Source: Vicugna vicugna (taxonomy: Eukaryota). Taken from it: 64,000 bases of DNA. The position numbers were made by a program, and so were the translations under genes. Positions 11,177-41,909 of the stretch are shown here, piece after piece (the stretch's first letter is position 1; each line of letters starts with the position of its first letter). The notes beneath the pieces were generated by a model, which was not told the origin of the DNA, searched no databases, and worked only from the letters and a program-made list of their open reading frames with translations. The DNA is taken from positions 1 through 64,000 of the forward strand of contig MU058228.1 of assembly GCA_013265495.1 (NCBI GenBank), written 5' to 3'.

Positions 11177-14100
11177 TCAAAGATCCTCTGGGTCATGCTT
11201 GGGATGCCCTGGTGTGTTAGTCATCTCCTCCTCCTCTACTTCTTCCTGATTTTGGTCTTCCTCCCCTTCTGTCTTCTCTTGCCCATCTGTGATCTCCTTT
11301 CCAGTCCAAGTTTCCTGAAGACATGCTAGGTTGGGCGATAGAACACAGCTTAGATATGGGGGTGGGGTGGGGGTTGTGGCCTGGCAAGAAAGGGACCAGC
11401 CCACACACTTACCAGTTTCAGTAGCTGGGAGCACATGACCTTCACAGAGAAAATGCTGTAGGGGCTGCTCCTGATGGTGGAAATACCAGTCTTCCACGAT
11501 GTCTTCAGACTCCTCCAGCATCATCTCACACTGGTGGAAGAGTCAGAAGAGTATCTGCTCTGCTGGCCTTTGTAATCCCTCTTCTCTGTTCTTCACTCCC
11601 TGTCTCCCCACCCCACTTTGGAGAGGCAGGTGGCCAGGAGGTTAAACTTGGCTTATTAGATGTGTGATCCTCAGTTACTCAACATTTACTAGCACCTACT
11701 CTGCCAAGTAGATTATTAAACTCTGAGTCTCAGTTCCTTGCCTGTAAAATAGGAAATAGTAATAGTACTTGCTACAACAGGTTGTTGAGAGGGTAAAATA
11801 TTAATTATTACTCCTTGATATGCTCCTGGGCTCAATTCAATTGATGGCAGAGCCCTCACTGCTCAAAGATGGACCTCCCGAGGATCTAGCTTCCCTCTCA
11901 GGTTCCCTTTCACCTCCCTGGGCAGTGTGTAGTATCCTATCCTACCTGCTTCTTGAGGAATGTGACCTCCACGCTGGGCTCGTCCCACAGCTCCAAAGGG
12001 ATCCCCAGATCCACCTTCACTCCCTTCTCCACCAGGCCTTTCAGCACTGCCATGGTCTGACTCTCACCCTGAGAGATGGGAATTGGAGATCAACCCAGGT
12101 CACTGCCCCACCTCCTCCCCATTTTTGTATATCAGCCTTGTCAACAACTGGAGACCCTGGTAAGTTCCTTGAGGATGAGATGAAGGAGTCTGCGATGGGG
12201 AGGGGACACTCCAGAACCAGGGGGAGACGGGTAGATATCTCAAGGACCCCAGGGAATACAGGTCATCATTTCTGAGAAGTGGGATCCTGCCTGGGGGAAG
12301 AGTCTGACCTTGGCATATCTCAGTGAGCCCTTGCGCTCAGCATGAACACTGTAATCCAGGATCCGCTCACATAAATTCTCCAGAGCTTCTTCCAGCCTTG
12401 TCTCTCTGCGGGAAAAGGGTAAACAAAGGCTCCCTGGATGCTCTTGGCACTTCTAGGGCTCCTTCAGGGATCGGAGGGTCAAGGAGCACCAAGAAGGACT
12501 CACGAAACGCTGTAAGGGATATGTCTCTTCCTTTTGCCTGTGTCCAGCACCTGTCCCAGCTCCAGCACCTCTCGAGATTGGCCAGTGCGACTCAGCTCTT
12601 CCTGTAGCTCCAGGCTCAGCAGTTTACATACTAGATGTCCAAGGGGACGTGAAAGACAAACAAACATACCAGCAACTCATTCTGCAGATGAGCAAAGGCA
12701 GCAGAGCATGATGGTTACAGGTGCAGACTCTGGAGACAGCCTGACTAGGTTGGAATCCTGACTCAGCCACTGAGTGGTTGTGTGACAACCCTGCTGTGCC
12801 TTGGTTTCTTCACCTCTCAAATGAAGATAATAATAGTACCTCCCTCCTAGGGGTGTGGTAAGGATTAAAAAAGTCTATGTAAAGCCCCTAGAATAGTGCC
12901 TGGCATGTAGTGAGTACTACATAAGCGTTTGCTGTTTTCTGCAGTTATTTATTGAGTTCCTTCTGGATGCACAATAGTAACACAGAGATCAGTAAGACCC
13001 GAGATCCCTATCCACAGGATGCTGCCAGTGTCGTTGGGGACAGATAGAAAGATGATGACAATATTGCATAATGGACCCTACACTGGGGGTTAGACCAAGA
13101 GACAATCCCACTAGGAAATGCAAAATTCATTCAATTGTCATTCATTTTCCTCCTACTGGCCCCCAGTTTCCTTAAGGATGAGCACTGCATCTCTTCCACC
13201 ACTGTCTTTCCAGCATTTAGCACAAGATCTGGCATGTAGCAAGTCCCAAGAAAGGGAGTGGCCTAATACAGAAGCGCCAAGCCAACTAAACACAGGGGCA
13301 AGTAACAAAAGTGCCTTAAAATGTTCCAGGGGCTATGCTAGGACCTGGGAGAACACAGGTACTCTCCATCCCTCCCATGCAGTGGGAGGTGACAGATAAG
13401 GAAGGAGGCTTCCAAAGGAGGTGACATTTAAACTGGGTCTTGAAGAACCACATTCAGAAGGGAGAGGCTCATTCTCAGCAAAGGAAAAAACAACAGGCAA
13501 AGGCACAGAGATGCAAGAGGACGAGGCCGGCTTACTGACCGCTGAGAAGTTCAGTGTGGCTGAACATGGGTACTTTAGGGATGGGATGTGGGGTGTGGAG
13601 GCCATACAACAAAGATATTTGGATGCTATGCCAAAACCCCTTGGCTGTATTCTAATCACAGCAGGAGGCCTTCAGAGGTGTTAAAGCAAGCACCGACACA
13701 ATCGAGTTTGTATTTAGAAAAAGTGACTGGCATAGGCTGGTAAGAATGGGGACACAAATGAAAGGAGAGGAGAAATTAGGACCAAGTCATGAGGAACACT
13801 GATACTGAAATGCAGTGTGGAGTGAGGTAAAGGGGAAAAGAATCCAGGAAGAAATTAAAGCCAAGAAGGCAACAAACTAGGCAACCAGGGCACTCAGTGG
13901 CCCAGCTCTGAAGTGTCCTCCCCAAGTTGGGCCCCACAGGTGATGCAGCCACAGATGTTCCTCATTGTAAAATCCATACAGTGCACACCCTCTGCAAAGC
14001 TTCACAATGGGGAACTTCTCCCAGTTGTGTGGCCTTCTCTTTCTTTTATGAGCTTCAAGGGCTGATTCACTCACTCCCAAACCACCTCAGGAGGGCGTGG

Positions 14101-14662
14101 GGCCTATAATTTGGAAGCGTCTCTGCCAGGGTGGAGCAGAGATTGTCCAGAAGGTAATGAATGTCACACTCCGCTCTTGCAGCCTCCCAAGCTTTAGGTC
14201 TGGTGGCATGGAGGAAACACACACACACACGTCTGAAGATGCTCAGTAGAGTGGACGGTCCTGGCCAGTAGTCTCTGAACTACAATTCCCATAAACCATT
14301 GGGGCCCAAACCGGCAAGAATAAGCGGGCTCCCTCTGGATGTCTCATGGGAATTGTAGTGCGATAGTTTTGGGGTAGCAGTATGCGTTCCTTCCCTTGAC
14401 CCCATTCGAATTCCACCAGGCTCCACCAGAACCTCCCTCAGGTCCTCGAGGAAGTCGAGTGACCCACCCATCACGGTCCATTTGGTCTGGCCCAGACGAA
14501 GGAGGTGGGGCAGAGGGATGCGAATACGGGCTACTACTTTTAGATACCTTCGCATTTGCTGGGCAAGCGTTCTGTGTCATCGTCTTCCTCCTTCGGCATC
14601 CCAGCCCAGGCACTGTACATAGTCAAAATGAAAAGCAGCATTCCCAACCGCACAGGTCCCAT
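11177..14662 (-). CDS. CNPY4: Canopy FGF signaling regulator 4 (saposin-like ER co-chaperone), 6 exons, 242 aa
   Basis: Exons (minus) 14662-14548, 12630-12504, 12405-12309, 12068-11946, 11530-11413, 11325-11177; all GT-AG; 729 nt in frame. Starts [11 protein letters not shown]...[17 protein letters not shown] and ends in an acidic tail plus PEDL. Confidence 0.95.
12700..12930. mobile_element. MIR SINE remnant in CNPY4 intron 1
   Basis: MIR core-like (gtgccttggtttcttcacctctcaaatgaagataataatagtacctccctcctagggg...tgcctggcatgtagtgagtact). Confidence 0.65.
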
Positions 14663-15420
14663 AACCAAGAACCGTCCACCGCCAATCTTGCCCTCAGACC
14701 AACTTCGGGAAGGCAACGGGCCCTTTAAATACCAAAACGGTGTGCTGCAACTTTAATCCAGCCTGGCAAGAGAGGCGCAAGCGCAGTGCCGGCCCGAAAG
14801 AGGGCGGGGCCTCGCTGCGCTCCAGGCTGCCCCGCCTGGGTTTTGTGGCGCCTCCGGAGGTCCTGGCCGCCGGGTAGTGAAGGAATAAACTGAAGTAATT
14901 ACAGGAAGAAGTTTTGCTCCTTGCAAGTAGGCACAGAGACAGCACTTTTATTATCATTTCAGGCCGTGAGCGTGGCGGGCTTATTCCTTCTCCGGGAAGG
15001 GGTAGTGACCTGCTCTCTGGCTCTGCCAGGACCTACTCCCGGAGGGGGCGGGGCCAAGATGGCGCCGAGCGCCGGGTGAGCGGCGCTTCGGCAGCGGTGA
15101 GAGGCTTTTCCTGCGCGGGGTGCTCGGCTGGCGGGGGCGGGTCCGAGTGGTACCCGGGACTAGACCCTTTGAAGGGCCTGTGTGGGGACCTGGAGGCGGA
15201 CGGTTGGTTGTGTGTCCATGCGCCTGGGGACCTCTATGTGTGTTTGCTTTGGAAGGATGTTGCGAGGATGAGGTGGGCTCTCTACGCCGCCTTTCGCGCT
15301 GTACCCGTTGCCTGGGGACCTTGGCCCGCTTCTCTGCTGAGAAAACCGCTATGCGTATCTAACTCTCTACTAAGCCTTCCTGCCGAACTCCACTGACCTC
15401 AGGTTTCCTGAGGCCGCAGC
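14270..15420. promoter_or_regulatory. Bidirectional CpG-island promoter CNPY4/TAF6, with TAF6 non-coding first exon (donor at 15075)
   Basis: CpG-rich. Two ACTACAATTCCCA motifs (14279, 14347), GC boxes (gggcgggg), YY1-type AAGATGGCG at 15056, donor GG|GTGAGC at 15075/15076. Confidence 0.8.
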
Positions 15421-15839
15421 GTGTTTTATGAGCCTTTACTGGCAGAGGGTACCGCGAGGTATTGAAAGATTAGTAGGAGTTCGCCAAGGAAGTGGGACAC
15501 GACAGCCTCTTGTATACCCGGCTCCAGACACAGAGTATGTGTTAAATAAATGTGTTCCTTGCAGATAGGACTTATAAAAGTGGTGAAGGAGACCTGGAAT
15601 GGTTTGAGAACTATATTCTCTTTCGCCCCCATCTTCCCGTCGCTCCAGCTGGCCCACACCCTCTCCCCCACCTACACCCCGCAGTCACTCCAAAACACTT
15701 TTGACATTAGTTTTCCTATTGCCAGGTTCAAGCGAGCCATTTTCCTTTTGGCCACCAAGTAGATTCCAAGCTTGGGCATGTACATTGTTCATTTGATAAT
15801 AGTGGTACCGTGTAGTTTTTGAGCACCTGCATCTCTAAG

Positions 15840-17150
15840 CCTTACAATTCATTGGTTTATTCAACAGATGTTTATTGAGTGTCTGATATGTCTCAGGCAC
15901 CAGTCTGGGGTCTCAGAATACATCAGTGAACATAAAGATCTCTGTCCACACAATGCGGAAAGGAGAGATGTGGTGGTGATAAACAGGAAGAAATAATATG
16001 CATTAGCAGACGTTCAACTCCATGGGAATTTTAAAAAGCAGTGTAGGGGTGAAGGTGAAGTATTAAGTAGGGTGATGGGACTAGGCAGCCAGGGGACATC
16101 TGGGGAAGAGCATTCCAGGCAGAAGGAACAGAGAGCAAAGGCCATAAAGCAAGAGCGTACCTGGCAGATTTGAACAGTGAAGAGGACAGTGGGTCTGGAT
16201 TAAACTGGAAGGAAGGAAGGACGGGAGTTCAGAGAAGTGATGGGGAGAGAGCAGATCACGGAGGACCTTGTCGACCATGATTAGGATTTTGGATTTTACT
16301 CTGTCTCACGATGTGAGCCAGTACAGGGTTTTGAGCAGAGCAGTGACCCGATCTGATTTATATTTTGACAGAATCACTCTGGCTGCTATGATGGAACTAG
16401 ACTTAGGGAGCAAGAATGGAAGCGAAGACCTTGCCAGGAGGCTATTCAAGTTCCCCAGGGATTAGATGATGGTGAGCTGGCCAGGCAGTGGGAGTTGGGG
16501 GACCAGGTGGATCACTTGGTGGATTGGATGTGAGGCTCACACAAAGAACAAGTACGTGGATGAATGGTGTTGCTGTGAAGATGAGGAAAGCCAAGGCTGA
16601 AGCGAGTGGGGAGGGGGAGAGCAGGAGTTCAGTTTTAAAACAGGAGACAGTCTGATCTACAAATCTGGAGTTAGGAAGAAAGCTCTGGGCTGGGGCTATA
16701 AATTTGCCGTCAGCAGCCTAGAAGTGATACTGAAGGCTGTACGAGGGGTGGAGGTCACCACGGGACTAAGTAGAGCTCAGCTATACAAGGACAAAGCCCA
16801 GGACACTCCAACATTAAGCAGAAGAGAAAGAATCAGTAAAGGAAACAGAGGGAGTGGCCAGTGAGGTAGGAGGAAAATCAAGAGAAGATGGGGTGATACT
16901 GGTGTAAAGACTGTTTTCCAGAAGTGAGTAGGCAACTCTGCTATGTGCTGCTGAGAGGTCAAAGACGATCTGGAGGGAGAGGGGACTTTGGATTTGACAA
17001 TGTGCAATCATAGTGACCTTGATGAGTGGTTTTAGGGACCTAGTGGAATCAAAAGCCTGATTGGAGTAGGTTTAAGGGAAGAGGAGAGGAGAGGGATTAG
17101 AAACAGAGTTAAGACAACTCTTTCAGGGAGTTTTATTGTGAGGAGGAGCC
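15840..17150. mobile_element. Degraded L2 LINE remnants in TAF6 intron 1
   Basis: L2 3'-end signature ttattcaacagatgtttattgagtgtc followed by purine-rich L2-like body. Boundaries approximate. Confidence 0.5.
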
Positions 17151-17194
17151 AAAAAGGGTATCATAGAGAAAGTCAAAGTGAAGATTTTTTAAAA

Positions 17195-17590
17195 ATTTTT
17201 AATTGTGGCAAAATGCACATAAAAATGAACCATCTTAACCATTTTGAAGTGTACAGTTTAGTAGCATAAGCACATTCACATTGTTGTGCACCCATCACCA
17301 CCTTCCATCCCCAGAACTCTTTTCTTCTTGTTAAACAGAAACTCTGTACCCATTAAACCATAACTCCCTTTTCTCCCCTCCCCAGCTTCTGGCAACCACC
17401 ATTCTACTTTCTGTCTCTATGAATTTGACTCCTCTAAGCATCTCATATGATTAGAATCATAGAGTGTTTATTCTTTGGTGACTGGCTTATTTCACTTAGC
17501 AGAGTGTTCTCCAGGTTTATTGGTGTTGTAGTGTGGATCAGCATTTCCTTCCTTCTTAAAGCTGAATGGTATTGCATTGTATGGATGGAC
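17195..17590 (-). mobile_element. L1M 3' end fragment
   Basis: aattgtggcaaaatgcacataaaa...catcttaaccattttgaagtgtacagt...ggcaaccaccattctactttctgtctctatgaatttgact, the typical antisense L1 3' end. Confidence 0.85.
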
Positions 17591-18320
17591 CTCTACTTTG
17601 TGTTTTTAAGATGGGCAAAGTTACTGCATTTTGTAGACTGACAGGAATGATCTGGTAGGTGGGGGAATTGATGGTGATACAGGGAGATGGGAGACATGCT
17701 GGAGCAATGCTTGAGTTGGTGAGGGGCGTGACCAGAATCTCTCCAGGAACAGGTGGGAAGGCAGGGTACCTGGGCCCCTTTGTTGCTCAGCAGGTAGGCG
17801 TGGTGGTGGCAGCCTGGGGAGGTCTCCTCAGGTGCCAAAAATGAAGGAGGAGAAGTGTCAGATAGGACAGAGGGAACCTGAGTGCACTGAGGTGTATGAC
17901 TATCAGGCAGCATTAAGGGCTCCTCTGAAGTTCGAGGCCATGAATTTAAAGTGGGAATTGGTCATGATGGTTGTGTGTTTCCTCATCATGTTCAACTGAA
18001 CGGGCGCATACACTCAGGGAGTTGTGTTTAACCAATATTGCATTTTTGTCAAGCACGAATAATGAGGCAAGAAGAGGCAAGAGAGATGAAGGTAGGCACA
18101 TTAACCTTAAGGAAAAAAAACATTTTCACCTTTTAGAGAAGAAACCCAAAGCTGGGAGAGTTTAAGTGGCTTGCCCAGGTAACAGCTAGGTCGTGCTGGG
18201 GCTGGGATTTAAACGGAGAGCTGAGATCATTCTACTCTACGTGACCTGTACGGTGCCTGGCATAGAATCAGTGTCGAATTGGATGGGAGTGCTGCCTCCT
18301 CCCGGTATGGCTGGTGCTGA

Positions 18321-22823
<4,503 letters not shown>

Positions 22824-22946
22824 TGCTGTTGCTGCCTGCTGGCCTCTCCCCTGGATTCACATACGCGGGCATTCTGGGTGGAAGGAAGTAGTAGTCAGCT
22901 TCCCCCATGCTGCTTTCTCTTTAGACATTTTACAGCCGTTCCTCAG

Positions 22947-22952
22947 AATAAA
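22947..22952 (+). terminator. TAF6 polyadenylation signal AATAAA
   Basis: AATAAA 124 nt after the stop, followed by a U/GU-rich tract. Confidence 0.75.
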
Positions 22953-23163
22953 AGTTTGATTTTTAAGTTGTGATCCATCTCAGTCCTTCCCGGGTCTGAT
23001 ACCACAGGAGGGTCAACCCCATCAAGCCCTCCTGGTCTCTAGGACTCTGGACTCTTCAAGCCAGATCCGCAGCCACGGGCCGGAAGTCTGGAGAAAAAAA
23101 TTCTGTCCCCCTGATGCACAGACCACTGGCTCTGCCACTGCGTCGTGTCCTCCTTTGGGAGCC

Positions 23164-26868
<3,705 letters not shown>

Positions 26869-27308
26869 GGCCGTTCTGGAGAGTAGACCACGCGACAGCG
26901 AAAGTTGGGCCTGCCCCGCCCTGCGGCCCCGGAACAAAAGGACGCGAGTGGGCTGGCCCTCTAAGAGCGACTCTCCTCGGACCGCGGGAAACCCGGCGCC
27001 CGCCCTGCCTTGTCCAGCCTTGCCCGCCCAGCCTTGTCCAGCCTTTCCCTCCCAACACCCGCGCCGCATCCGCGTCACTCAGCCTAGGTTCGCCCGGTGA
27101 TTGGTGGAGGCTGGGGTCTGTGGCGAGTGGGAGGGGCAGAGGGCCTGCTCTCCGATTGGCCCGCACGCCACCGCGCTGGTCACGTGGGAGGAGACGTTTC
27201 GCGCCAATTTCGGTTCGTCGGCCGCAGTTCGCCGCGCGGGCGTACTTTGCTGCTCCGGCAGTGAGAGGTCTGAGCCCGCAAACTGCTGCCGCACTGCCCT
27301 CGGCAGCA
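26869..27308. promoter_or_regulatory. Bidirectional AP4M1/MCM7 promoter (start codons ~440 bp apart)
   Basis: CpG island; inverted CCAAT boxes at 27100 and 27155; E-box CACGTG at 27181; E2F site TTTCGCGCC at 27197. Confidence 0.85.
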
Positions 27309-34404
<7,096 letters not shown>

Positions 34405-34542
34405 GTCCAGTCGTGGGAGGCACTGGAGTCTGCTCTGCACACCATGCCAGCCCCCCTTCCCTTAAAGGTCCAATGATGCTCTTGAGGGGAAAGGAGGCTC
34501 CCCTCTTTCTCAAACTGCACTTGTTTTACCCATTCCTTTGCT

Positions 34543-34548
34543 AATAAA
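34543..34548 (+). terminator. MCM7 polyadenylation signal AATAAA
   Basis: AATAAA ~140 nt after the stop, with U/GU-rich sequence downstream. Confidence 0.75.
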
Positions 34549-34982
34549 GTGTTTATAGATTTGCTGCCTTCCGTTGTTAAAACATTGAGTTTCCTAGGTT
34601 CATATCTTGTTCCCCTTACGCTTGTCTTATTCCATCCACTCAGTTAACTGTGCCTGTCAGGCACCATTACAGACAGTGGAGATGCAGCAATGAGTGACAA
34701 GTCCCAGCGTGCAGACTGTTCACACTGGATCTCCACTCATGTCTCCTGCAGCCTCAAAGTAAGACACCAGTATCTCTGCCTCCTAGGGTGCAGGTGCCCT
34801 GGGGTTCAGGCACACACCTCACAGTGTAGTAAGCACTCAACGTGGTAACAGACACCTCCCCCTTGGCAATCAATACCCAGTGCCCATAGGATCAAGGCTT
34901 TAAGATCCAAGTTGAGAAGCCTGTGGGTACCTAACAGAGAGGACAGAGCCACTGAAAGGGGGTGCTGAGGGGCTGCTCCCCT

Positions 34983-34988
34983 TTTATT
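34983..34988 (-). terminator. COPS6 polyadenylation signal AATAAA
   Basis: tttatt on + strand, ~85 nt past the COPS6 stop. Confidence 0.65.
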
Positions 34989-35073
34989 GACAGGTTGCTC
35001 CAAAGGGAGTGTAGCGCCCTTCCCCTTGACAGCTGTCCTACCCCTGTGCATCACCCCTTCAAGTACCCTCTCT

Positions 35074-38110
<3,037 letters not shown>

Positions 38111-39204
38111 ACACCCGTCACTCATTCCCACTTAAGGGCCTTGTGTCGCCTTCATCACTGTAACCCTTGTGACCAAACACGGTGCCTGACACATGGGTAC
38201 CGAAATGAAATGATTTTTGAGTGAAGGAATGGTTTGCGGTGGAAGTTGGTCTTAAGTGGCTCCGTCCACACAGCCTATCTTGCCTCCTTCCGAACACTGT
38301 ATTACCTACAGCACTAGGAACAACCCCAGCATTTTCTAACCTCCCCACCCCCACCCCGCAACTAAACTCCCTCTACCCTCTCTAGCCATCAGTCTTTCAA
38401 GACCTAGCAAACCTAGCCCACTCTTGCCCTCTCCCCACTCCTCCACCCAAGCAGTTGTACCCACTGCCTTTACCCCGACTTGTTGCCCATACGATTTGGC
38501 TGGCTCTTTAAGTGCCTGTGTGCACCGCACCCAAAGTGTTAGTTCCCAAAGAACAGGCAGGGACCTATACTTTGATCCTGTAGAGCCTAGGAGGTATCTT
38601 CTGGTGATAATGGTGACATGTGAATTATGCAATCTCTCCATTTAGGAGCCTGGATGAAGGGAAGTTAAAGCGCCAGCAACTCTCAAAGGAAGAGACCTAA
38701 TAAATCCTGCAGAGAGGGAGGTCTTCTGGCCAAAGAGAAGTTAAGAAAGATTTTTCTCTCATTCTAATCCCCAATGAGTGAAAAACCTCCCAGTCAACTG
38801 AGAGGGTTATGAAAGAACCTCACTTAGGAGAAAAATTAGATCAGAAGTACGTATCTCTTTTAAATAACAGGCAGCTTCCAAGGAGTATAATGCTTCTCAG
38901 CTAGATTGAAGGTTAAAAGAGTTATTCTGCTCCTAAAACGGATAGTTTGCTTTGCTGTTTCACTCATTAAAGAATTCCTCTTTCTGTTGTTTCAAATGCT
39001 TTTGAAACATTGTTCAGATAATTATACAACTCATGAAACAGTGGTTACTGTGAAATTTAGATGACTTTGAATCAGTTGTTTATACATGCTTTGGAAGTAA
39101 GCTCACTGAGCAGTTCCTAAAAGTGCATTGTATTAAAAAAAAAAACTACAATCATAAATAAATAAATAAAATACAAAAAACTATCATCAGATTAAAAAAT
39201 TAAT

Positions 39205-39365
39205 TTCTGTATTGCACAGGGAACTATATTCAATATCTTGTAATAATCTTTAAGGAAAAAGAATATGAAAATGAATATATGTAGGTATATGCATGACTGG
39301 GACATTGTGCTGTGCCCCAGAAATTGACACATTGTAAGTGACTGTACTTCAAGTGAAAAAAAGTT
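39205..39365 (+). mobile_element. Artiodactyl-type L1 3' end
   Basis: gcacagggaactatattcaatatcttgtaataa...ctgtgccccagaaattgacacattgtaagtgactgtacttcaa followed by an A tail. Confidence 0.8.
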
Positions 39366-39584
39366 TTTCTCAAAAAAAGAAAAATAGCAACCACCACCAT
39401 TAAAACCTCAAGCTGAAATGGTGTTAAAGCAGCTATCCCACTGTTTTTCTCCCTTCCCACAAAACTCAGCATCATGTATCATTTTGTTGTTTTGTTAACT
39501 TTTGCTTCCATAGGGTGGTTACTGAGCTGGTGGGGAATAGAGCAGAGGGTCTGTTCAGAGAGTCTGCAAAGAAAAGATAGCGCG

Positions 39585-39820
39585 GTACATACAGCGTGGG
39601 GGCTAGAGGTGACAATACTGTACTGCATATGTGAAAGCTAAGAGAGTACATCTTCAAACTTCTCATCACAAGAAAAAAAAGTAACTATGGATGGTGGTGG
39701 ATGTAAACTAGACTTATTCTTGTGACCATTTTTGTACTATATACAAATATTGAATCATTATATTGTACAGCTGAAACTAATACAATGTTCTATATCAACT
39801 GTACCCCAATTTAAAAAGAA
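39585..39820 (+). mobile_element. L1MA-type 3' end fragment
   Basis: gtacatacagcgtggggg..aatactgtactgcatatgtgaaagctaagagagta...tgaaactaatacaatgttctatatcaactgtacc. Confidence 0.7.
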
Positions 39821-39827
39821 AGACGGA

Positions 39828-39950
39828 GGGGGAGGGTATAGCTGAGTGGCAGAGTACGTGTTTAGCTTGCACAAGGTCCTGGGTTCAATCCCCAGTACCT
39901 CCATTAAAATAAATAAATAATGCTAATTACCTCCCCCGCCAAAAAAAAAG
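39828..39950 (+). mobile_element. tRNA-derived camelid-type SINE (Vic-1-like)
   Basis: ggggagggtatagctgagtggcagagtacgtgtttagcttgcacaaggtcctgggttcaatccccagtacctcc with A and B boxes and an A-rich tail. Confidence 0.9.
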
Positions 39951-41429
39951 GAGAAAGAAAAGATACTGAAGACTGAAATGTAGGCCTTCCGGAGACAGCC
40001 CAGGCTGCTCACCAGTTGCTTTGAGTGTGTGGTGTCGCTGAGAAACTGCCTCTCTGAGGTCAGTGGTTATCCATCCATCCATCATTCATCACTTAGCTGG
40101 GGATGCAGCACTGAGCAAAACAAAGCTCTGACTTCATGGAACACTCTACTTGTAGGAAACAGACAACAGCCTACAGTAGGATTTGAAGAGGGATCGGAGG
40201 GTTGCTATTCTACATGGAAGGGAAGATCCGAAGGGAGCAAGGAAGCAAAGTGTGAGGCTACCTGGGTGGAAGGTATTCCCAACAGAGGGAACAAGTGCAG
40301 AGGTCTTCAGGCAGGACACTGCTCGGTGTGTTCCAGGATTAAACAGAAACTCAAGGGCTGGAGTTGGTGGGGGAGAGGGGTGGGGACTAACAGGCTCAGA
40401 CCACGTGAGGCCTTGCTGGCCATTACAAGGACCTTGGCTCTCAGTCTGGGTGAAGTCTGAGCAGAGGCATGACAGGATTTGACTTAAGTCTTGAAGGATC
40501 ACCCAGGCTGATGCCTGAAGGTTAGAAGGCAGGGAGAGAAGTCAGAAGCCAGGAACACTGGAGCTGTTGTACTAATCCAGGTGAGACATGACCAAGCCTT
40601 GGACCAGGGCAGCAGAGGCAGAGGTGGGAGGTGGCTCAGGCCCACAGCTATCCACATGCCCCCATGCACAATTAGAGACAGCCTTAGTGACTATAGTGAA
40701 TAACATTATTATGCATATTTGAAAGTGGCTAAGAGAGTAAATCTTAAAAGTTCTCAAAAAGAGAAAGAAAGGAAGAAAGAAAAAAAAAGGAAAGGAAATA
40801 AAAAGACATTCATTCTGGAGCTTAAGCTGGGTTTCAGTCCCCACTTGTCCCTCCACCCTGCTGCCCTGGACAGCACACAACCAGGATATATTTTGAAAGT
40901 AGAGTGAACAGGATTTGCTGACACCAGGGCGTTTGGGCCTCAGGAGAAGCCCATGAATTTCGATCAGTCAGCCTGGCACAAGGTGGTGCAGGTCCACATG
41001 TCTGTTCACATATGGCAGGAGGGGGATGATCACGTTAAGGAGTTTCCATCACCACGGTACCCAGGGCACCAGGCACAGCAGGACAGTTGGGCACTGGCAA
41101 ACCCAGCGTTGGGTCAGGCCGCCAGTCAAAACTGCTGCTTCGCTTGGGCAGACCTGGAGATGATCTTGCCAGGCTGCGGTGGTGCTGGGTCCAGATGACA
41201 AAGCAGCACCCAGTGACCCTGCCCTCCCCAAGCCTCCTAGGGTCTGCGGTGTTCCCTCTCCAGCTGCCAGGCCGTTCTCCTTCCGCGGCCACAAAAATGG
41301 ATATCTCACATCTCAGCAACTACGACTTCTTTCCTCCTTATCCCCTATTTCCAGTCCTTCTGCTCAGAAGGGTCAGGGTGAGTGACAAAGCGTTTTTGAC
41401 AAAATTTACAGACTTATCACATCCTCCAC

Positions 41430-41898
41430 GTTGGTGTCTGTATTTGTTTTCCAACACAGGCTTCGTGGCTTAAAACATCACACATTTACTGGCTTCAGTT
41501 CTGGAGGTCAGAGTCTGAAATAGTTTCCACTCATCTGAAAGCAAGGTGTCTGCAGGGCCACATTCCTTCCAGGGGCGAATCCCTTTTGATGTCTTTACCA
41601 GCTTCTAGAACCACATTCCTTGGTTCATGGCTTCTTCCTCATCTTCAAACCCAATATTTTAGTGGCGTCTTTAAATCTCTCCCTCTATTCCCATGATCAC
41701 ATTGCCCTCTCTGGTCAAATGGCTCTCTACCTCCCTCTTGTAAGGACACTTGGGATTACATTTAGTGCCCACTGGGATAATCACCCCATCTGAAGATCCT
41801 TAATTTAATCACATCTGCAAAATCGCTTTTACCATATTCACAGGTTTTAAGGATTAGGACCCAGATATCTCAGGGGCCATTTTTATTGTCAGCTGTGG
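41430..41898 (-). mobile_element. MLT1-type (ERVL-MaLR) LTR
   Basis: gtggcttaaaacatcacacatttact..cagttctggaggtcagagtctgaaat...aagatccttaatttaatcacatctgcaaaatc...ggattaggacccagatatctcaggggccatt is the antisense MLT1 pattern. Confidence 0.8.
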
Positions 41899-41909
41899 TA
41901 TGCGTGGAC

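Noticed and set aside
34517..34523. Possible miR-106b/93 site in the MCM7 3' UTR (host feedback)
   Set aside because: GCACTTG, not the GCACTTT seed match; only an offset 6-mer.
39828..39905. tRNA-Ala-like sequences with A and B boxes
   Set aside because: They are SINE heads with A-rich tails, TSDs and mismatched stems, not tRNA genes.
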